DNA of 64,000 nt from Selaginella moellendorffii (taxonomy: Eukaryota; Plantae; Lycopodiophyta). Made by a program: the position numbers and the translations under genes. The DNA lies in NCBI RefSeq assembly GCF_000143415.4, contig NW_003314332.1, positions 923,447 through 987,446 of the forward strand. The letters are read 5' to 3'. Positions within the stretch are counted from its first letter, which is position 1. Each line of letters opens with the position of its first letter. The notes under the pieces were generated by a model. The model made no database searches, was not told the DNA's origin, and saw nothing but the letters and a program-made list of their open reading frames with translations. Of this stretch, positions 49,399-58,612 are shown piece by piece.

Positions 49399-50955
49399 GG
49401 AGAACTTTGGATCCTTTCCTCAAAGTGGCGAGGGTCCCAGACCAGCATCCCTGCCTTGTCGAGTCGTGGGAATGGAGAGGGAAGCGACTCCTTCTGCTCC
49501 TCATGTGGTGTTGTGGGAGAGTCCGGATCTGATTTCCTCACTTGTTGCAAGTGCGCAAGGTCCACCTGGTGTGTTTCCTCCTGTACTCTTGCATGTACTG
49601 GATCAGGGATGAGCCCAGCCACGTCTGCAAGAGTTTCAGGGTGGGACGAGGGGTTCCCACCAGCTGGGCATGAACTTGATGCATTCCCATAAGCAGGGAG
49701 TGTGCCAGCTGCCCAGTCCTTCCGAGTCCTGAGGTTCTCTGTTAGAATTGCGAGAGCTGCACGACGTGCGTCCCACAGAGAGATGTTCTCCACGTCTACC
49801 CCATCCTCTAGTTGGTGAGTTAGCTGCGAGACTTCTTGCTGGATTCGCTGTGCCGACTCTCGACACACCTGTTCCGTGAACTGCTCACTGTTCCAAAAGA
49901 CTATACCACCGCTTGCAGGCTTCGGCAAGACCAAGTGTAGACAATCTGTGCTATCTCCACCCTGTCTCAAGTCCGTGCAGCGCCTCGTCACTGGGGGCTG
50001 TGGGCTGGATCGGGGCCTCACACTTGAGGAATGAGCTGGTGAGGCTGGGAGTGAAGCTCTGGGCTTGTTTGTCAGGTCCGACAAGCATCTGTGGGCAAAC
50101 TTCAGTGTCCGAAGAGGCAGCTCCTTGTTCAGTCCTAGGACCACGGCTGAACGATCTGGCTCTCTGGAGATCTCTTGGCTTGGTTGTGCCTCTGAATGGG
50201 GGATTGTGAACTCACCTTCTAGTGAGGCTTCCATGTTGAGCCTGCAGGACAGAAGTGCATCGTCCTGTTTCCCTCTGTTTTTGGACGATCTGGGTGGGGC
50301 AGACTTGAGTTCTCCTGTCCCACGTCCTGGCTTTGCTGCTGCTGCACGTGCTGCTGCTCTAGTGGTGACGCCTGCCCTGACCCTGGTGTGGCGCTCCTGT
50401 ACTTCTGTGAGACATCCATCCCTGTGAATCCCCTCGACGGCGAAAGTGCTTGGGATAATTCCCCGCAAGCCTTCCTGGCCTTGTAACTGGCCCGAGACCC
50501 TCACGAAGCTCCTGAACTCCAGCCAATGGCCAAGCAAGTGGGTGAGGGGAGGTAGCTTCGTCCTCTCCACCACTCTCAATGGGCACCTCGTCTCTGGCTT
50601 GGCTTTTACTTCCAGCTTGTTCCAGGACCTGGCCATCCCCCAGCCCTGAAACATCCACCACTTCTATCCCGTGGTTCTCATCTTGCTGGGTTGCTTCCTT
50701 GCGTGGCTCGCTTGCTGCCTTGCACAGCAATGTTCTGGCCGTTGATACAGAGGGCCCTTTCCTGTCCTGGCTTGCTGCTATACGTGTGCCAGAACCCCGA
50801 CCTTGTAACAGGCCTCCTCGCGGGAGTCGAATGCTGAGGCCCCTACCTCGCCCTCCACGACCTTGAGAGCTCAGTTTGATGGGCGTGGATGCTGTGATTC
50901 CCCTGCGGCTGTTCTCCATGCTGCTGACAGGGGAGTGAGTACACAGCAGAAGCAA
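49399..50955 (-). CDS. LINE ORF1, N-terminal low-complexity part (frame break near 50360-50650)
   Basis: ...RIQSSPL joins in frame to PVRKELQS across the removed transposon and one TSD. Confidence 0.65.
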
Positions 50956-51192
50956 AAAAAGGGGAACAATACTTCCCTGAATCTCACGGCGGATGCCCCC
51001 GCCGATGGTAGCAAGTGTGGGGAGATTGCACGCTCTCCCCTAAGCGCTCTTCTACCTCTGGCTGCGCCTCCGATCACGGCAGCCATGGTATTGGGTGCTT
51101 TCCTCCACGTCCTCCCCAAAAAACGTCCAACATTAGGGTTTAGGCGTTTAGGGTCAAAGACACCCCGCGGTGCTGCAATCCGGCGAGATCGC

Positions 51193-52192
51193 TGAACGTG
51201 TATGTACATTCCCCATGTCCCAATGGGACTAATACAAAAAATTGGCGTGCCGCCCTCTCAATGAGCTACTCTACGTGATCCTCATATGCCGCAGCTAGAC
51301 CTAGTCCTGGAGTAGAAGTGGACGTGGTCGTCTCGAGCGAGTCATGTCGATGTCCAAGTCTCCCCCACGAGCTGATCTTAGAACAGAGTCTGGGGGGCGC
51401 CACTGCCAGCGAATCTCGCCACCTCCCAATTTGCCGAAGCATGGGAGCCACCTAGATCTCCACTCCTCGAGCTGCCTCGGTTTCGCCTGCTCTTTCAGGA
51501 TGGTGTAGTGAAGACGCACCGCTGCAAGAGTGAGTCTCCACCATGATACCACCACTGCCGATATTCTCGCTTGCTGCCCATCAAAGCGACAATGGTTCCG
51601 TGCCTCCCAAAGTGCCTGCAGTCCTGTTGCCCTCCAAATGGACCAGCGCTCATGGCCCAACGCCTCCCAGATGGACATCCCAACTTCAGCCCCTGTCACG
51701 TCCCACCGGACTCGCATGTCCCATCGGTGCCGTCCGTAGCAGCGAATACGCCTCCAAGCTGGACCAATGGCTGGGCCTCTTGCTCCCTCAAACCAGTGGA
51801 GGATATCCCCACTCCGAGCCTCAAACTCTGGAATGTCGCCGAGTTCCTGCGTCGCCTTGAAGATCTGTCGCCAAACTTCTCTCGCCACGTCACATTCCCA
51901 TAGGACATGTCGCGTTGTCTCCAGCTCGCCACACTCCTTGCACCGTCGGCATGCTTCTTCCTGGAACCGCTGTCCTACCGGCAGCCCGTTATTTGCCACC
52001 AACCAAGAGGTGGCCTTGACTTTCTCCTGTACCGGTAGTTTCTAGAACGCAAGCGTGTTGCCCACCACCTGATTAGCTTCAACTCCTTGCCCGATCCATT
52101 TCTTCCAGAGCTTGGGGATCTCCCCTCGGGCCTCCTCCCTGCCGGTCAAGAGACCATCCCTTGCTTCCTTGACGCCGAAGGAGAAGAAGCTT
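51193..52192 (-). mobile_element. 5'-truncated second copy (1.0 kb) of the same LINE, inserted in the PLE 3' end
   Basis: Near-identical to 30133-31113; flanked by CTGCAATCCGGCGAGATCGC at 51173-51192 and 52193-52212. Confidence 0.95.
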
Positions 52193-53110
52193 CTGCAATC
52201 CGGCGAGATCGCGGCACCACTTTGTGCAATCCACATTCTCCGTGTGCCGTTGTCGAAACGGCGTGATCGAGAGCAAGTAGAGGAGGGGAGGGAATGAATT
52301 TTCATTCATTCGTGAGCAAGGGAGAGGACAAGAGACAACCCGAGACTGGTTTCGTCCTTTTTGGGACTCATCAGCCGGGTGTAGTCGTCTAGTGTCTACG
52401 CTAACCCTAGCTCGGTGCCGGCTCTACTTATATTTTGGCTCTGTCACGTGGCGCGAGTCCGTGTGGCGGCCATGCGAAGTGGTGTGGCAGCGTTGGCTCG
52501 CGAGGGTGCAAACGTAGCACATCTGGTGTTGGTTACTCCACAGCAGTGGTAGTCGCGGAGAATGACTTCGGCAGATCGCCGAAGACAGTAAGCGTTCGGC
52601 CGGCGGGTGACGTACCTTTGACGCAAGATAACTTGTAAACGTGGCGTGATATGATGCATGCATTACGTCCACAATGCTTGTGTCACTCGTACGTACCCGG
52701 CGACGAAAAACGTGGTTCACTTTGCAGGGAATATTCTGGGAATATTCCGTCGTTGACCGTTGACCCCGCGTTGACCGTGTGTGGACTGGGATGGTGGAGG
52801 GCCTGAGGTCACTCATACATACCCGGAGTCCAGCGGTGATGCAGGGGAGAGCCATCCCACGAGCTGTCGGCGTGCGTCGCCGATGTCGAAGGAGCGGCAC
52901 CGTTTTAATGGAATACACGCTTTTCAACGAATTGTGTGTGGAGTTCAGAGTTGAAACTCACATATTCACGATCGGGAGGAAGAGCGGAATCCAACGGTAT
53001 ATGCCCTTTTGACTCGGTCAACAAAAACACTGTCAGGGAATATTCGGGAATATTCCATTCTGACAGTTGACTCCGCGTTGACCGTGCGTTGACTCGAAAG
53101 GGAGGTGGCT
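52193..53110 (-). mobile_element. PLE copy A (3' non-coding part; its terminus is 51133-51192), capped by telomere repeats
   Basis: Near-identical to 54605-55520 and 57583-58495. Confidence 0.9.
52338..52380 (-). ncRNA. Type I hammerhead ribozyme (variant stem III)
   Basis: ACCCGG-CUGAUGA-GUCC-CAAAAA-GGAC-GAAA-CCA-GUC/UCGGGU. Confidence 0.85.
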
Positions 53111-53151
53111 TTTAGGGTTTAGGGTTTAGGTTTAGGGTTTAGGGTTTAGGG
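53111..53151 (+). repeat. Telomeric tract
   Basis: (TTTAGGG)n. Confidence 0.95.
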
Positions 53152-53298
53152 TTTAGGCGCGTTTAGGCGTTTAGGGTCAAAGGCACCCCGTGGTGTTGCA
53201 ATCCGGCGAGATCGCGGCGCCACTTTGTGCAATCCACATTCTCCGTGTGCCGTTGTCGAGACGGCGTGATCGAGAGCAAGTAGAGGAGGCAAGAGAAT
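53152..53298 (-). mobile_element. PLE copy B, 3'-terminal ~150 bp
   Basis: TTTAGGCGCGTTTAGGCGTTTAGGGTCAAAG...GAGGAGGCAAGAGAAT. Confidence 0.9.
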
Positions 53299-54138
53299 TG
53301 TAGCGCACGTGGTTTTGACCCTTTATCCTATGGTAATTTACCATAGGATAACACCACGAAGCGGAACCTAAACCCTCTTTGTGCCACGTGACAGATGCCA
53401 CGTGTCACATGCCACATGTGCATGCCACGTGTCCACAGGAACCCGAGGTTCAGGGCCTTGGGCCACTGAACGAAGGAACGGTGCCAAACTCCCAAGCGTG
53501 ATGCCAAGGAGTGATGGAACCGGACCACGGAGCAACTCCCGAGCATATAGCCCAAGGAGCGAAGGGACAGGGGCCCGGAGCGACTTGGAACAGTCCTGGA
53601 GCAACCAGCATCCCAATGCCAGGACCAACACGCAAAACGGAGCCAAACGGGGTCTGGCGCTATTTCAGCATACCGGTGGCCTAACGTGAGGATATGGGTA
53701 CTCCACCAGCTAGCATGGAATGGAACTTGGGCTTAGACTCAAGCCGGACGCAGAACAAGGACAGGCACGCAAGCGGGAGCTAGACTATGCCTCAGGTTGG
53801 TCGGCCATGCCCGACCTACCCACTATCCCTACTATACATTTGGAACCCCCCATAGCCCCCCCCCCCCTTGAGGAACACACGCTTTGGGCTTTCACCCCAA
53901 GCCTCCCTTAGTATCAGGAGTTAGTCTCTGGGACAAGCTCGAAACTTACTAAATATGGAATGTCCCTAGATTGTGAATTTGGACACGGGACGAACACCAT
54001 TGTGTTCAGGCCGATCTCTACATTCCGTAGATATGCCAAATGTGCAAATCTAGACACTTTCCATAAATAGCATTTGGGACCGAAATGAGACTAACACAAA
54101 GGGCATGATAGCGAGGGTGTTTGGCAGACACGGTAAGC
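53299..54138 (+). mobile_element. LTR plus leader of the same family as 1-2549, joined to PLE copy B and cut off by telomere addition
   Basis: Starts TGTAGCGCAC; reverse complement of 1724-2547; ends GGTAAGC, then GGTTTTTAGGG. Confidence 0.75.
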
Positions 54139-54560
54139 GGTTTTTAGGGTTTAGGGTTTAGGGTTTAGGGTTTAGGGTTTAGGGTTTAGGGTTTTAGGGT
54201 TTAGGGTTTAGGGTTTAGGGTTTAGGGTTTAGGGTTTAGGGTTTTAGGGTTTAGGGTTTAGGGTTTAGGGTTTAGGGTTTAGGGTTTAGGGTTTAGGGTT
54301 TAGGGTTTAGGGTTTAGGGTTTAGGGTTTAGGGTTTAGGGTTTAGGGTTTAGGGTTTAGGGTTTAGGGTTTAGGGTTTAGGATTTAGGAGCGTTTAGGCG
54401 TTTAGGGTCAAAGACACCCCGCGGTGTTAGGGTTTAGGGTTCTAGGGTTTAGGGTTTAGGGTTCAGGGTTCAGGGTTCAGGGTTTAGGGTTCAGGGTTCA
54501 GGGTTTACGGGTTCAGGGTTTAGGGTTTAGGGTTTACGGTTTAGGGTTTAGGGTTTAGGG
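54139..54560 (+). repeat. Telomeric tract with an embedded ~45-bp PLE stub (54383-54427) and TTCAGGG variants
   Basis: Direct reading. Confidence 0.95.
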
Positions 54561-56626
54561 TTTAGGCGCGTTTAGGCGTTTAGGGTCAAAGACACCCCGC
54601 GGTGCTGCAATCCGGCGAGATCGCGGCACCACTTTGTGCAATCCACATTCTCCGTGTGCCGTTGTCGAGACGGCGTGATCGAGAGCAAGTAGAGGAGGCG
54701 AGGGAATGAATTTTCATTCATTCGTGAGCGAGGGAGAAGACAAGAGACAACCCGAGACCGGTTTCGTCCTTTTTGGGACTCATCAGCCGGGTGTAGTCGT
54801 CTAGTGTCTACGCTAACCCTAGCTCGGTGCCGACTCTACTTATATTTTGGCTCTGTCACGTGGCGCGAGTCCGTGTGGCGGCCATGCGAAGTGGCATGGC
54901 AGCGTTGGCTCGCGAGGGTGCGAACGTAGCACAGCTGGTGTTGGTTACTCCACAGCAGTGGTAGTCGCGGAGAATGACTTCGGCGGATCGCCGAAGACAG
55001 TAAGCGTTCGGCCGGCGGGTGACGTACCTTTAACGCAAGATAACTTGTAAACGCGGCATGATATGATGCATGCGTTACGTCCACAATGCTTGTGTCACTC
55101 GTACGTACCTGGCGACGAAAAACGTGGTTCACTTTGCAGGGAATATTCTGGGAATATTCTGTCGTTGACCGTTGACCCCGCATTGACCGTGTGTGGACTG
55201 GGATGGTGGAGGGCCTGAGGTCACTCATACATACCCGGAGTCCAGCGGTGATGCAGGGGAGAGCCATCCCACGAGCTGTCGGCATGCGTCGCCGATGTCG
55301 AAGGAGCGGCACCATTTTAATGGAATACACGCTTTTCAACGAATCGTGTGTGGATTTCAGAGTTGAAACTCACATATTCACGATCGGGAAAAAGAGCGGA
55401 ATCCAACGGTATATGCCGTTTTGACTCGGTCAACAAAAACACTGTCAGGGAATATTCGGGAATATTCCGTTCTGACCGTTGACTCCGCGTTGACCGTGCG
55501 TTGACTCGAAAGGGAGGTGGCCTGGAGTGACTGGTACGTACCCGAGGTCCTTCGGTCATGCAGAAAGGTCCTTTTCCCGCGAGGTGTCGGCGCGTGTGTG
55601 ACGTCGACGTCGTCGCATGGCACCATTATGAGATTCGCAAGCTTTCCAAGGTTTGGTGTCCATCGTAAGGAGATGAGACCAACGTAGTCACACTTGGAAA
55701 GGGGTGCAGAATCGAATGGTGTAGGCCTCGTTGACTCGGTCAACAATCTGACTGTCAGGGAATATTCGGGAATATTCCTGTTTGGACAGTAGACTGAGCG
55801 TTGACCGGGCGTTGACCGGTGGGGGACGACCTGGGGTGACTGGGACATACCTAGAGTCCATTGGCCAGACCCTGTAGGTCATCGGTCATGCGGAGAAGGA
55901 TGCAATCATATGCTTCCGTCTCTTGCAAAGCGCGGTAGAAGATGTGGCTGAGCTCGCAACGCGAGTTTAGCCCTGACCAGGAACGAACCGGGGTTCGGGA
56001 GGCATCTCTAGCACGTGATCACTCAGGGGAGTGTGTCTGCGGGAGCTTCATCCATCACCTGTTTAGGGTTTAGGATGTCCCCCAAGCCTAGCTGCGTGCT
56101 GTGAAGCGTGTAGGGGAGCTTAAAGGCGAGGGGGGTCCGTCGACAAGCGTCGCTAGAGCGGCGCAAGCGTGCAAGGAGAGCTTCATGTCACTGGTCAGAG
56201 GAGATGCTGGAGAGGCAGTGTTGGAGGAAGGAGATCGGGTGTCCCCGGGCACAGAGGCAGTGGTAGAGCCGCGTGCGCATGGCATGGAATCCATTGGCCG
56301 TGCTCTCACGGAGGAGGTATCTCTGGAGCTCGCTGCGGATAAATGCCACTTTCTGGTGCCATGGGTGAACCGACGTCCAGGGGAGGTACTGGTAGGCGTT
56401 GAGGGGCTTCTGGAACGTGGACGAGTCGAGGCAGCGTGTCTCTTCAAAGTGAGGGCCTTTGAAGAGGTGGATATCGAGGATATCCAACTCCTTGAGCAGG
56501 ATCACCGAGGTGATCTTGATCGAGGGACGAAGCGTGCCATATCCTCGGAGCCATCGTTCGAGGCCTGCTCGTGTACCTGTCCAAGTGCTCACTCCATCAT
56601 CTGTGTACCTCCGTAGATGGAAGGGC
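54561..56626 (-). mobile_element. PLE copy C: 3' UTR plus degenerate RT C-terminus
   Basis: 55950-56626 homologous to 58613-59290 (FQKPLNAYQYLPWTSVHP); homology stops near the YIDD region. Confidence 0.9.
54750..54792 (-). ncRNA. Type I hammerhead ribozyme, minimal, palindromic stem III (ACCGGU)
   Basis: ACCCGG-CUGAUGA-GUCC-CAAAAA-GGAC-GAAA-CCG-GUC/UCGGGU. Confidence 0.92.
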
Positions 56627-57360
56627 GATTTGTTGGTTGTGTCGAGGCACTCGTCGAGTCTGTGGGGACAGTGTTGAGCGTGGTGCCATGGACATGCTGA
56701 GCAGAGCCAGGTGCAAAGGTGACGGTGGCTGCTGCGCTGGGCCAGGTCCTGGAGAGCGTTAAGGCGAGAGGGCTCGCTGCTCTGTTCCAGTGGCAGGGGC
56801 TGGCCTGGGTGGCGATTGCAAGGGATCCAGCACCAGAGGTGGTGAGAGCCCGTGCCATCGGCATAGTGTCTGGCTCTGCAGTTGCAGGGCCAGTGCTAGC
56901 ATGCAAGGCTGGTTTTGTGCTTCCATGGCAGATTAAATCGATTTTGGCAGTGTTGTGGCGATGTCTAGGCAGCTTGGGTGCTCTGAGTGGCAGGGAGCAT
57001 TCCCATTGGCATCTTTGGTGATCCTTTGGTGGTGCCAAGGCAACATACCAGAGGGGGGGGGCAAAAAGCCTTTGTGAGGGATTTGCTGTACCAGACCCAA
57101 GTCAGGGGGGCTGGGCTGCGCTAGACGTCGGAAAGACTGCTGAGTGGAGATATTAAGCTAGCTCCCAAACTCTTAGTGGCCGTGAGCAGCTCTAGGTGGG
57201 GATTATTTGTGGGGAATGCGTGGGGAATGCCCAGCCCGTCAGCACCGCGTCCCGGCCAGCCGCTGCCCAGCAGCACCACTAGCGCTGCCCAGCAGTGCTC
57301 CACTGCGCCAGGCACGACCGCCAGAGCGCCACAAATAATCCCCACCTAGAGCTGCTCACG

Positions 57361-57536
57361 GTTTAGGGTTTAGGTTTAGGGTTTAGGGTTTAGGGTTTAG
57401 GGTTTAGGGTTTAGGGTTTAGGGTTTAGGGTTTAGGGGTTTAGGGTTTAGGGTTTAGGGGTTTAGGGTTTAGGGTTTAGGGTTTAGGGTTTAGGGTTTAG
57501 GGTTTAGGGTTTAGGTTTAGGGTTTAGGGTTTAGGA
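57361..57536 (+). repeat. Telomeric tract
   Basis: (TTTAGGG)n. Confidence 0.95.
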
Positions 57537-57725
57537 TTTAGGCGCGTTTAGGCGTTTAGGGTCAAAGACACCCCGCGGTGTTGCAATCCGGCGAGATCGC
57601 GGCACCACTTTGCGCAATCCACATTCTCCGTGTGCCGTTGTCGAAACGGCGTGATCGAGAGCAAGTAGAGGAGGCAAGAGAATGAATTTTCATTCATTCG
57701 CGAGCGAGGGAGAAGACAAGAGACA

Positions 57726-57768
57726 ACCCGAGACCGGTTTCGTCCTTTTTGGGACTCATCAGCCGGGT
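57726..57768 (-). ncRNA. Type I hammerhead ribozyme, minimal
   Basis: Same sequence as 54750-54792; predicted cleavage after GUC between 57732 and 57731; stem I extendable (AGACGA / UUGUCU). Confidence 0.92.
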
Positions 57769-57810
57769 GTAGTCGTCTAACGTCTACCCTAACCCTAGCT
57801 CAGCGCCGAC

Positions 57811-57840
57811 TCTACTTATATTCTGGCTCTGTCACGTGGC
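57811..57840 (-). promoter_or_regulatory. Putative Pol II promoter in the PLE 3' region (G-box GCCACGTGAC plus TATAAGTA)
   Basis: Conserved in all three long copies (52423-52452, 54834-54864, 57811-57840), with the TATA ~45-50 nt upstream of the ribozyme. Confidence 0.4.
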
Positions 57841-58612
57841 GCGAGTCCGAGTGGCGGCCATGCAAAGTGCATGACGGCGTTGGCTCGCGAGGATGCGAAC
57901 GTAGCACAGCTGGGGTTGGTGACTCCACAGCAGTGGTAGTCGCGGAGAATGACTTCGGCGGATCGCCGAAGACAGTAAGCGTTCGTCCGGCGGGTGACGT
58001 ACCTTTGACGCAAGATAACTTGTAAACGTGGCATGATATGATGCATGCGTTACGTCCACAATGCTTGTGTCACTTGTGCGTACCCGGCGACGAAAAACGT
58101 GGTTCACTTTGCAGGGAATATTCTCGGAATATTCGGTCGTTGACCGTTGACCCCGCGTTGACCGTGTGTGGACTGGGATGGTGGGGGGCCTGAGGCCACT
58201 CATACATACCCGGAGTCCAGCGGTTACATGGGGGAGAGCCATCCTGCGAGCTGTCGGCATGTGTCGCCGATGTCGAGGGAACGGCACCGTTTTAACGGAA
58301 AACATGCTTTTCCACGAGTCGTGTGTGGAGTTCAGAGTTGAAACTCACATATTCACGATCGGAAGGAAGAGCAGAATCCAACGGTATATGCCGTTTTGAC
58401 TCGGTCAACAGGGATACAGTCGGAATATTGGGGAATATTCCGTTCTGACCGTTGACTCCGCGTTGACCGGGCGTTGACTCGGAAGGGGGGTGGCCTGGAG
58501 TGACTTGGGACATACCTGAAGTCCATCGGCCAGACCCTGGGAGTCATCGAGTACGCGGAGAAAGATGCAAGCATAAGTGTCCGTGTCTTGCAAAGTGCGG
58601 TACAAGACGTGG

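Larger units (their letters stand above)
30133..51130 (-). mobile_element. Near full-length L1/Tx1-type non-LTR retrotransposon (~8.2 kb net), interrupted by the 12.8-kb DNA transposon
   Basis: ORF1 plus ORF2 on minus. ORF1 halves (49399-50654 and 34719-36564) rejoin in frame once the insertion is removed. No poly(A) tail; 3' end abuts PLE sequence. Confidence 0.88.

Noticed and set aside
50925-50990. Possible intron near the LINE 5' end (GT...poly-T...CAG on minus)
   Set aside because: The available donors and acceptors do not join the ATG at 51086 in frame with the downstream ORF; unsupported without transcripts
52424-58305. Repeated 157-167 aa ORFs in the PLE 3' UTR (52424-52927, 54836-55339, 57832-58305)
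   Set aside because: They recur only because the DNA is repeated; no motifs, the C-terminal frame changes in copy D, and substitutions look largely non-synonymous
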